Part shown: one piece after another, positions 1 through 7,475 of the stretch | Numbering within the stretch: the stretch's first letter is position 1 | How the letters are laid out: the number at the start of each line of letters is the position of its first letter | Assembly (NCBI GenBank): GCA_036521895.1 | Contig: DATDGW010000560.1 | Span: forward strand, 1 to 42,538 | Direction of reading: 5' to 3' | Source of the DNA: Candidatus Sulfotelmatobacter sp. | GTDB lineage: Bacteria; Acidobacteriota; Terriglobia; Terriglobales; Acidobacteriaceae | DNA length: 42,538 nt | Notes under the pieces: generated by a model | The model's database searches: none | Seen by the model: only the letters and a program-made list of their open reading frames with translations | What the model was told of the DNA's origin: nothing | Made by a program: the position numbers and the translations under genes

Positions 1-89
1 TCGCGGCGCAGGGCCGACATGGGTTCATCGATCCAGTCATATTCGGCGGGGTTGTAAATCCAAAAATGCTGGTGGGCGTCGATGTGCAT
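1..89 (-). CDS. amidohydrolase-family (Amidohydrolase_2/lactonase-like) protein, 5' end only, runs off the left edge
   Basis: A minus-strand ATG at 89..87 opens [29 protein letters not shown]. The IDxHxHFW metal-binding start is typical of TIM-barrel amidohydrolases. Only 29 codons are visible, and the ORF is absent from the track because the window edge truncates it. Confidence 0.45.
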   Translation of the reverse strand, partial: MHIDAHQHFWIYNPAEYDWIDEPMSALRR

Positions 90-131
90 GGAAGGAACTT
101 ATCAGCGAAAACTCTCGTGCAGACAGCAGTG

Positions 132-1300
132 CTACTTCTTCAGCTCTGCCGGCCAGTTGAGCACCAGCGTGAGGGATCGCTGCCCTCTTTCAGGTTGCCG
201 ATGTTGACCAGAAACTTCTTGCCGTCGGCGGTAGCATCGAAGGGGCCGTTCTGCCGCTGGATGGCGCTGGCCTGAAACAATGTATGGGGCACGCCCATCT
301 GAGGCGCACTGCCGGAGAGGCTCACATCGACGGCTACGATGTCGTCGGTTGGATCGAGGAAGAATAATTCCTTGCCGTCCTTGCGCCACCGGCCAGCAGA
401 CCCGCCATTGGTCGAGACCTGCCACTTTGCGCCACCCGCCGGAAATGCGGTGATATAGACCTCGTTTCGCCCGGATTCGTTCGTGCTATAAGCGCGCCAC
501 TTCCCATCGGGCGAAACTGCTGGCCAGGTCTTCAAGAAAGGTGTCTGAACAAGAGGGAAAGGCTTACGGTCGCCAAACAATGGCAGAACCCACAAGTCAG
601 TGCTGGGCTGGCCACCGGAACGCCGCAAGTAAACCAGATAACGCCCGTCTGGTGAGGTCGTCGGCACTCCCCCTTCTGCATCCTTGCTCTCGATGACTAC
701 CTGGTCCGAGCCGCTGCCGTCCGGAGCCTTAGCGTAGAGGTGGAATCCTCCGTTGCTGTTGGATTGGTAGAACACCGTCTTGCCGTCGGGCGACCATGCG
801 GGCGACAACTGGCTCGCGGTTCCGAAGGTCAGGCGGGTTTTGGTTCCGCGGGCCAGATCGAGAATCCAGATCGCTTGCGTGCCCTGCGTGCTGTTGAAGA
901 GGTTGATGGCCAGTCTCGTGCCGTCGGGAGAGAGCGCGGGATAGAAATAGCGGTCGGGGTCACCGACCGTACTCACCGGCTTTCCGTCTCTTGTGAACCA
1001 CTGCAGATTCCAGTTTCCCGCGGTCGGCCCGGCTTCGTACACCATGGTTCCATTCTCAGAGACGGGAAAAATTGGTCGGGTGACCGCTCCGTTGATGGCG
1101 ATGTGTTCGGCAACCGGAACGGCCTCACCAGTAACGTCGAGTGTGCGCGGGTTGAAAGGGCGCGCCATCAAGGTCTGCTCCCGCATGAACAGCAGTGGCC
1201 GGCGGCGTACTCAGCCATGGTCTCGCTTTTCATCAACGCTTTCGCATTAAGACAGTTCAACTCTCCCACATCCAGCATGCTAGTGCCATGGGTGCGCCTG
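132..1300 (-). pseudogene. decayed, 5'-truncated paralog of the Ser/Thr-kinase/TolB-propeller genes; only the C-terminal beta-propeller survives, with two frameshifts
   Basis: ORF 140..1186 aligns by eye to the C-terminal propeller of the 9509..12205 product (SPDG.. blades, ELYITSFP/EVYITAFP). Homology continues upstream of its ATG in another frame (..KSETMAEYAAGH | LLFMREQTLMARPF versus AAEYASGYLLYPANTALVAQTF), which implies a 1-nt indel near 1195. The family C-terminus ..SLTLVLNWPAELKK sits in the frame of ORF 132..425, which implies a second 1-nt indel in the C-run at 183..185. No kinase domain, TM segment or first propeller is present. Homology ends next to the stop codon of the neighbouring gene (1348). 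Confidence 0.65.
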
Positions 1301-1347
1301 ATTATAGACCAGGCGTGCCGTTTGGATGATTCTATGCACTGCGAACA

Positions 1348-4300
1348 CTAGCGCTGGCGCACCTCCAGTTGGACCGGTCGTGCGATCGAGCTGACGTCCG
1401 GGTCATAGTACTCATAGACGCGCGACTGGAACGTCTGCGCGCGGATGGGGTACTTGGCTCGCAGGCGAAAATGCAACGTGAGTGTGTCGCCGGGAGCGAT
1501 CGAATCGAAGTAGAGAATTGCTTGTGTCGCGGTGAGTCTGAACTTCTCCAGGCGACCACTCTTAAGGCCGGCGCTTTTCTCAACATGGGTTTGCAAGTCC
1601 TCGCTGAGCAGATCGAATCCGGGCGGGATTCCCAGGTCAACCATCACCATGTTCGCGGCCTTGGGCAAATTGTTTCTGACGGTAGCGGTGGCAGTGGCGA
1701 TGTCATCCTGGGACAGATGAGTGCGATCGTAGGCCACGTTGATGGACATCGGTTCGTTCGCGGGTTTCTCGTCCCAAGGGAGAAAGTAGCTGCCGACCAC
1801 CTGGTAGGCCAGGCCACCCTTACCTTCGAATCGAAGTTCGACGGTGTTGGAGTCCTCCGAACCGATGGATGTTGCCTCGACCCCCTTGAACACGAACTGA
1901 TGCAGCAAGTCATTGTTCTCTGGAGTCAGAGTGAGTCTCTCGACGGGCTTGCCGTTGAGCAGGACCTCCAGCGTACCTTGAACGTCGGCTGTGCCCTTCT
2001 CAGTTGCGAGCAGCAGAGCCCGCAGCGCCATGATTGTCGCTTGTGTCGTGCCCCATATGCCGGAAGCGTCTTTCTTGGAAGCGATGTAACTGAGGGCCTT
2101 GCGCGCAGTGCCGGATGCCTCGCCCCACTTGAGCAGCGCTTGTACCGCGAGCGCCGTGGTTTCAGCGCTCGCACTGGCGCCGGTGGCATAGACACCGGTT
2201 TCGTCTGAGTTCCACCAGGCCTGCTCGTCTTTTTCAGTGCGCGCGTCGAGCAGAAGCTGCATGGCCTGGCGAGTGAAGGCTCGATCCTTTTCACCATTGC
2301 CGGATCCAAATTCTGTGGCAAAGTTGGCGACGATGGCCAGCGTGTAGCTGTCGACCTTGGCGCTCATGTGGCTCTCGATAAACGGCTTCGCTTTTTCGAC
2401 TGCTGGGCCTTGGTACCCAGTGTTCTCAAGCGACCATGCGATGTAGGCGGTGATGCGAAGGACGTCGGAGTTGTAGCGGTTTGTGGCTCCCTCATTAATG
2501 AACTGCGTATCGGGCTTCCAACTTCCATCGGCTTGCTGCTGCGATGCGAGCCACTGCTGGATTCGTGCGATCAGTCGTGGATCTAGGTCGTAGACCTTCG
2601 ACATGTCGCTGAACTCCATAAGACCGTACGCCGTCAGGATCTTGTTGGCGGGTACGTTGCCGAACCAGGAGAAACCGCCGCCCGGAACTTCAAACGTCAG
2701 GAGGCGTTGATAGCCGTTGGCAATGTAACCTTCGGCTTTGGCGTGGACTTCGGGAGTCAGTTTCTTCGTGCGCTTCATGTACTCGAGCGCCAGAACGTTC
2801 GGGTAGGTGCTGGAGGAGGTCTGCTCAAAGCAACCGCCCGGCATGCGAAGAATGCTGTCCATGCCTTCGATCACCTGGCTCAGGGGGCCCGGGTAGAGCC
2901 TGACAAAAATCCTGCTGGCGTCAGGAACGGAACTCGCGGGGAAGATGAGTTCGTGTTGAACCGTGTTTTCCAGGCGTCCGTTAAAGACCATGTTCTGTTC
3001 GCGGCCGTTGGGAATGACTTCGATCTCGCGGACAACGATGTCGGCGCGTTCTGCGCCGCCCTTCATGCGGGCCGAAAGCGTCAGCTTGAACTTGCCGATG
3101 CGCCGGGCTTCGAGAGTGAACTGAGATCCACCGACGCGGGCAGAGTCCACTGCGACGGACTTGTCGGACACATCATCGACCAGTGAGAACCAGTCGTCCG
3201 GTTGCAGTTTCAGGATGACGTCTCCACGCGCACCTGAGTAGTTGTACACGGCTACGGGGATCGAGACTCGATCGCCTTCGGTGAGCGTGACAGGCAGATC
3301 AAGGTCAACGAAGAAGTCTTGGAAGACTTTCAGGCTCGACGTGGCACTGCCTAACGCCCCGTGGGTGGTGGATGCGAGCATTGCCATCCGCCATGTGGTG
3401 ATGGAGTCCGCCACAGGAATCGTGATCGTCGCCGCGCCGCTTTGGTCGGTGACGATCTCGGGATTGATGTAGAGCGCCTCGGGGAAGTAGGAGCGGACGT
3501 GAGCGGTGGGGCCGGGATCCTCTTTCTTGTCCTTGGCGCGAATCGCAATGTTCAAGGTTGTGGCTGTTCCCATGTCGATCGGGCCCGCAACTGGCGCTTG
3601 AGGCATCGCAAGGTCCATAAAATCGCGGCCATTGACGGCAAGGGCGGCCTCGCCCACATTGCCGCCAATGGCCTTAGCGAGTCCATTGCGGGATTCAACA
3701 ATTACACTGGCCGCGTTGACTTCGACGGTCTCGCTCACGGACCCAACAGACAGAACCGTAGAGACCACAGCGCGATCGCGCGGGCGAAGGGTGAGTCCAC
3801 GCCAAGCAGTCTTGAATCCCGCCAAAGACACTCGCAGGTCGTAGCGGCCGGCGGGCAGACCTGCCAGAGTGAATTGCCCTGCACCATTTGCGGCCACGGT
3901 TCGTGTTTTTCCCGTGGAGGTGTCGCGAATCGTGACGCTGGCTCCCGCGACCATTGCGCCGGAGGGGTCGGCGACTGTGCCTACAATTTCCGCGAGGCCG
4001 TTGAAAGGTCCGCGGTCATGTTCGAGGTTGAGGGTAATCGCGTCCGAATCTGGGTGGCCAACGATCTTCCCGCTGCGAACCGCTACATAGGCCGCCATAT
4101 CGTCGGGGCTGTCGAAGCGGTGATCGGGGCCCGCACTGCGCACGATGTAGTGGGTCTTGTCGCGATACCACTGCACAGATTCGAGGCGAAACTGGGTTCC
4201 CCAGGAGTCGAAAAGGTCGGTCCCGCCGGTCTTCGAGATTCTCGCGAAAACCCTGGTCAGATCATCCTTCTCCGGATTGTCGCGGTAGGCACGACTGAGG

Positions 4301-6696
4301 CGTTCGGCCAACTGGTGGACCTGATCCATGAAACGGGCCTGATAACGAGCGGCATAGTCCGGGTATTTCGTCATGGGCAGGGTCCGGCCGAACTCCGTCT
4401 CAAATTTGTTTGCCCCGACTAATTCTGTGTTTGAAAACAAGGCACGCGCAGCGCGGTTGCGCTGTTCGATTTTCGACTCTTCCACCGGTTTGACGATTTC
4501 CGACATCCCGATGGAGTGGATCTCATAGCGGGGCTTCATCACCTCTTGCTCGAGGTAGAAGAACACTTTGGCGAAGCCGGGCTGCTTCTCGGCCAGCGCG
4601 AAGACGGCCTCATCGACGACTTGGACGCCGAGCGCCGCGCTCACGCCTTCGCCTCGAGAGTTGGTCACGTGGAAGCGGATGCGGGCTTCGCCGCCGGGTT
4701 TGTACGCGGAAGCATCGGCCACCGCATCGATCTTGAGTTCATCTGCCGGTTGCACGAAGACGAGGCGGTGATCGGCGATCGCTTGGGCATTGCGCCCAAA
4801 AAGATAAGCATTGAAGTCCACGGTTCCTGCCAGTTCCGGGGTCGCGGTGAGGGAGAATGCGGCGTGGCCGTTCTCGATGTCGAGATCCCGGGTCAGCACC
4901 GTCTGGCCGTCCTTGACGATGTCGAGATAAGCGGCGCCCTGTTTCTTGGTGGAAAGGATTCTCAGGTCAATGCGGTCCCCCGCCTGGTAGATTGCGCGTT
5001 CTGGGCGCAGAAGAATCTGATCCTCACCCTGACGGGTTTGCAGTTGAACCGTGCTCGACGCGTGGTTTCCTTCATCGTCCTGACCTTCGATCTCGAGGGC
5101 CCCTGTTGCGGTAATGGGGCTGATGGTGACCATGGCAACGCCGCCTGCATCGGTGGTCGCACGCTGGTCGACATTGCCTTCCGCGTGGACCTTGAGGCTT
5201 GCGCGGGCCGGTGTTCCGTCGGGGTAAGAGGTCACGATGAAAACCTGATTGTCGAGATTGGGGACAAGCGCGCCTCCCTCCGGAACCGCCATGATGAGTA
5301 GAGGAGATTCGCTGACGGTAATCGGCTCGCCACGAGTCTCGGCGTGCTCCGCGGAATCTTTCACCGTGGCCTCAATCAGCACGCGGGCTGCGCCCTGACT
5401 GAGAGAACGGCCAGCGAAATACTTAGGCAGGGTCAGATCGAAGTGGTAGGTTCCCTCGTGGTCGGTCTTGCCTTGCACGAAGGCCACTTCGAAAACAGAC
5501 ACATCCATGCTGGAGGCTTTGACGGTGATCCCCGCGTCGTCGACCGGTTTGCCAAAGAAGTAGTAGGCACGAACCGTGCCGGTGACGTGATCGCCGGGGC
5601 GGTAGCCGCGCTTCGCCTTGTTGCCGTTACCCGCGAAATCGATGGCGACCTTGAATTTCGGCAGCACGTAGCGTTCGACGTTGAGGGCGATCTCGGCGGT
5701 GTTCGTGGGCGCTTCGCTCTCACCCATCAAAGCACGGAGATGGTAGGTGCCCAAGTTGACTTCATCGGCGAGTCCAAATTCTGCGGAAGCAATTCCGAAC
5801 CGGTCGGTTTGTGTCGCCTTCTTGAATACCTTGTTGCCGCGAGAGTCTTCGACTTCAAAGGTCAGCTTGCGGTTCGCGGCGGCCTCGCGATTGGAACGAT
5901 CGAGCGCCAACGCGCGCACATGAATCGACTGTCCGGGCTGGTAAATCGGTTTCTCGGTGGTGAGAAGAATTGCAACCTTATCTTCGAGCCGTACCGCCTG
6001 CATGAACTCTGTTGACCCAATCGGGGTGTCGACCGAGTAGCGCAATTGATAATTGCCTTCTACGCCGGCCGGGAACCGGAATTGCGCTTCGGTTGTTCCT
6101 CGCCGATTGAGCCGTCCTGAGAAGAGCAAGCGGGATTTCTGCTCGGGCATCAGCAGGTCGACCTGCACAGAGTTGCGCCCGGCAATGACCTCGTCGTGGG
6201 AATCAGTGACGATGACGCGCACCGCAGCATCGCCACCTGTCAAGTAGGATTGCTGGCCCAGAATGTGGAGCACTCGTGTGCGCAGGATTTGAGAGATGGA
6301 TTCCGTGCCTTCGATCGCGGTCGTCTTGCTGTCGCTGTATTCGAAGCGGTAGTGCACGCGGTGCCACACTAGTTCGTCAAGGGCCAGCGGCTTCGCCAGC
6401 TTGATCTGTTCGCGCCAGCTCCCCGGGCCCCCAGCGACCTGGACGTGCTGTTCCACGTGCCCGAGGACTTGGTCCTCCGGATCCAGAATCTCCATGGTGA
6501 GTCGACCCATACCGGAATGAGCCGCGTCGTAGGGAATTACCAGGTTCACGACGCCGTGCCCATAGGTGGCATTGGCGGCCCGTTCGCGGTTGCTGGCCTG
6601 GAACTGTTGAACGGTCACGATTGCAGCAACAATTAGTAGGGCAGGAAGGAACAACAACCGAAGTCTGGATGCGGCGTGTCCATCGGAATCTTCCAT
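1348..6696 (-). CDS. alpha-2-macroglobulin family thioester protein, membrane-anchored, with inserted GspG-like and CarboxypepD_reg-like modules
   Basis: 1782-aa ORF with GGAG 6 nt before the ATG. It has an N-terminal hydrophobic anchor (LLFLPALLIVAAIVTV, no lipobox Cys) and the A2M signature RSYFPEALYINPEIVTD..DSITTWRM. The thioester motif GCFEQT is intact (CFEQ = 2821..2832). A helical TED-like region follows (YIANGYQRLL..GGFSWF..DGSW). Confidence 0.9.
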   Translation of the reverse strand: MEDSDGHAASRLRLLFLPALLIVAAIVTVQQFQASNRERAANATYGHGVVNLVIPYDAAHSGMGRLTMEILDPEDQVLGHVEQHVQVAGGPGSWREQIKLAKPLALDELVWHRVHYRFEYSDSKTTAIEGTESISQILRTRVLHILGQQSYLTGGDAAVRVIVTDSHDEVIAGRNSVQVDLLMPEQKSRLLFSGRLNRRGTTEAQFRFPAGVEGNYQLRYSVDTPIGSTEFMQAVRLEDKVAILLTTEKPIYQPGQSIHVRALALDRSNREAAANRKLTFEVEDSRGNKVFKKATQTDRFGIASAEFGLADEVNLGTYHLRALMGESEAPTNTAEIALNVERYVLPKFKVAIDFAGNGNKAKRGYRPGDHVTGTVRAYYFFGKPVDDAGITVKASSMDVSVFEVAFVQGKTDHEGTYHFDLTLPKYFAGRSLSQGAARVLIEATVKDSAEHAETRGEPITVSESPLLIMAVPEGGALVPNLDNQVFIVTSYPDGTPARASLKVHAEGNVDQRATTDAGGVAMVTISPITATGALEIEGQDDEGNHASSTVQLQTRQGEDQILLRPERAIYQAGDRIDLRILSTKKQGAAYLDIVKDGQTVLTRDLDIENGHAAFSLTATPELAGTVDFNAYLFGRNAQAIADHRLVFVQPADELKIDAVADASAYKPGGEARIRFHVTNSRGEGVSAALGVQVVDEAVFALAEKQPGFAKVFFYLEQEVMKPRYEIHSIGMSEIVKPVEESKIEQRNRAARALFSNTELVGANKFETEFGRTLPMTKYPDYAARYQARFMDQVHQLAERLSRAYRDNPEKDDLTRVFARISKTGGTDLFDSWGTQFRLESVQWYRDKTHYIVRSAGPDHRFDSPDDMAAYVAVRSGKIVGHPDSDAITLNLEHDRGPFNGLAEIVGTVADPSGAMVAGASVTIRDTSTGKTRTVAANGAGQFTLAGLPAGRYDLRVSLAGFKTAWRGLTLRPRDRAVVSTVLSVGSVSETVEVNAASVIVESRNGLAKAIGGNVGEAALAVNGRDFMDLAMPQAPVAGPIDMGTATTLNIAIRAKDKKEDPGPTAHVRSYFPEALYINPEIVTDQSGAATITIPVADSITTWRMAMLASTTHGALGSATSSLKVFQDFFVDLDLPVTLTEGDRVSIPVAVYNYSGARGDVILKLQPDDWFSLVDDVSDKSVAVDSARVGGSQFTLEARRIGKFKLTLSARMKGGAERADIVVREIEVIPNGREQNMVFNGRLENTVQHELIFPASSVPDASRIFVRLYPGPLSQVIEGMDSILRMPGGCFEQTSSSTYPNVLALEYMKRTKKLTPEVHAKAEGYIANGYQRLLTFEVPGGGFSWFGNVPANKILTAYGLMEFSDMSKVYDLDPRLIARIQQWLASQQQADGSWKPDTQFINEGATNRYNSDVLRITAYIAWSLENTGYQGPAVEKAKPFIESHMSAKVDSYTLAIVANFATEFGSGNGEKDRAFTRQAMQLLLDARTEKDEQAWWNSDETGVYATGASASAETTALAVQALLKWGEASGTARKALSYIASKKDASGIWGTTQATIMALRALLLATEKGTADVQGTLEVLLNGKPVERLTLTPENNDLLHQFVFKGVEATSIGSEDSNTVELRFEGKGGLAYQVVGSYFLPWDEKPANEPMSINVAYDRTHLSQDDIATATATVRNNLPKAANMVMVDLGIPPGFDLLSEDLQTHVEKSAGLKSGRLEKFRLTATQAILYFDSIAPGDTLTLHFRLRAKYPIRAQTFQSRVYEYYDPDVSSIARPVQLEVRQR

Positions 6697-6949
6697 GGAG
6701 TCTCCGTGATGCCTTCCGCCATGCTGCTACTGACTGGCTTGCAATCACCATAAGAACGGGCTGTTCCGTTGCTCTTGCGAAGAAGTTAGCTCGCGCGCCA
6801 TGGGCCCGAATCAGTGGGATGGAAAGGAGACTTTTGTTGCGGGGCTTCGTAACTACGCTTTGGTAGCTGCGGTGGGGAGTATCCCCTGGAGGCTCTAATC
6901 GGGGGTGGAAGCTTTGCTCCGCGGTGGAGGTGGGACTTTAAAGACCACA

Positions 6950-6991
6950 CAAGAAAAGATGGCTGACGGGGGTTCCTATCGCTCCGTCAGC
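6950..6991 (-). terminator. candidate intrinsic terminator downstream of the small peptide gene
   Basis: The minus-strand RNA reads gGCUGACGG, a 14-nt loop, CCGUCAGCc, then CAUCUUUUCUUGUGUGG. That is a 9-bp GC-rich stem followed by a U-rich tail. It starts about 80 nt after the stop codon at 7074..7076. Confidence 0.45.
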
Positions 6992-7073
6992 CCAAAGATT
7001 GCGAACCCAAAGATTCGGCTCAATGACGACCGCTGGTTTCGTCTGCGCGGTCGGCGTTTTGGCCGTCAGCTTA

Positions 7074-7247
7074 CTAGCTCAACGGCGGAAGGGTCGTCGA
7101 GCAGTTGGGCTGGCGGGGTGGGCACAGAATGAGTGGGCCCCCGTCTGCGGCGGAAATGGGTTGAACACTTGCAGCGATGAAAGTACCTACCATCCCTACG
7201 GCCAGAATCGCGATCCTGATTGCCAACTTTGCATTCATCTTTACCAT
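7074..7247 (-). CDS. small secreted Cys/Pro-rich peptide precursor (57 aa), family unknown
   Basis: AAGGAG (7260..7255) is followed by 7 nt and then ATG at 7247. The product is MVKMNAKLAIRIAILAVGMVGTFIAASVQPISAADGGPLILCPPRQPNCSTTLPPLS, with a basic n-region, a hydrophobic core and an A-x-A-like cleavage site, leaving about 24 mature residues with C-x6-C. The 89-aa version in the track starts upstream of the sigma-54 promoter, so the shorter form is preferred. Confidence 0.55.
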   Translation of the reverse strand: MVKMNAKLAIRIAILAVGMVGTFIAASVQPISAADGGPLILCPPRQPNCSTTLPPLS

Positions 7248-7316
7248 CGTCTTGCTCCTTAGTTCCTGGGATTTTGTTTCCTTGCTCGGGCCGTCCGTCG
7301 CAAGTGACTTTAGTAA

Positions 7317-7332
7317 TGCAAGCCGCATGCCA
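7317..7332 (-). promoter_or_regulatory. sigma-54 (RpoN) -24/-12 promoter
   Basis: The minus strand reads t-TGGCATG-CGGC-TTGCA-tt, against the consensus YTGGCACG-N4-TTGCW. That is 15/16 core matches with exact GG/GC spacing. It lies about 70 nt upstream of the peptide ATG and 145 bp from the divergent sigma-54 activator gene. Confidence 0.6.
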
Positions 7333-7379
7333 AACCCGACCAAGATGGTGTGTGCGGTGCTGACAACCGCAATTTGCCG

Positions 7380-7394
7380 GAAAACCGCGTTTTC
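7380..7394. promoter_or_regulatory. perfect palindrome GAAAAC-CGC-GTTTTC, possible activator or IHF-region operator
   Basis: A 6-bp inverted repeat with a 3-bp spacer lies about 50 bp upstream of the -24 element, inside the divergent intergenic region. Confidence 0.2.
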
Positions 7395-7475
7395 GGTCCT
7401 CGTCTCAGACCCCGGTCAAAGATCGTTCGGGGCCAACAGTCCAACAAAAGCGCTAGTGGGTAACACTTATGTTAG

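Noticed and set aside
1273-1288. Sigma-54-like TGGCAC-TAGCA-TGCTG on the minus strand.
   Set aside because: The GC of the -12 element is displaced by one nucleotide relative to GG. The site also lies inside the pseudogene remnant with no intact gene downstream.
3361-4422. Long antisense or alternative-frame ORFs inside confirmed genes. Examples are 3361..4422 (+), 740..1351 (+), 5344..6015 (+), 16395..17249 (-), 17769..18416 (-), 18876..19583 (-), 22250..22891 (-), 25615..26223 (-), 35227..36072 (+), 39948..40772 (+) and 41686..42468 (+).
   Set aside because: They lie fully within strongly supported genes on the opposite strand or in another frame. Their translations are Arg/Gly/Pro/Ser-rich low-complexity sequence, typical of shadow ORFs in high-GC DNA. 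They show no recognisable motifs or ribosome-binding sites.
6850-6945. G-run-rich tract on the plus strand (GGTGGGGAG .. GGGGGTGG .. GGTGGAGGTGGG), considered as a possible G-quadruplex or, as C-rich RNA on the minus strand, a Rho utilisation site.
   Set aside because: The runs are too widely and irregularly spaced for a compact G4. A rut-site call cannot be supported from sequence alone.
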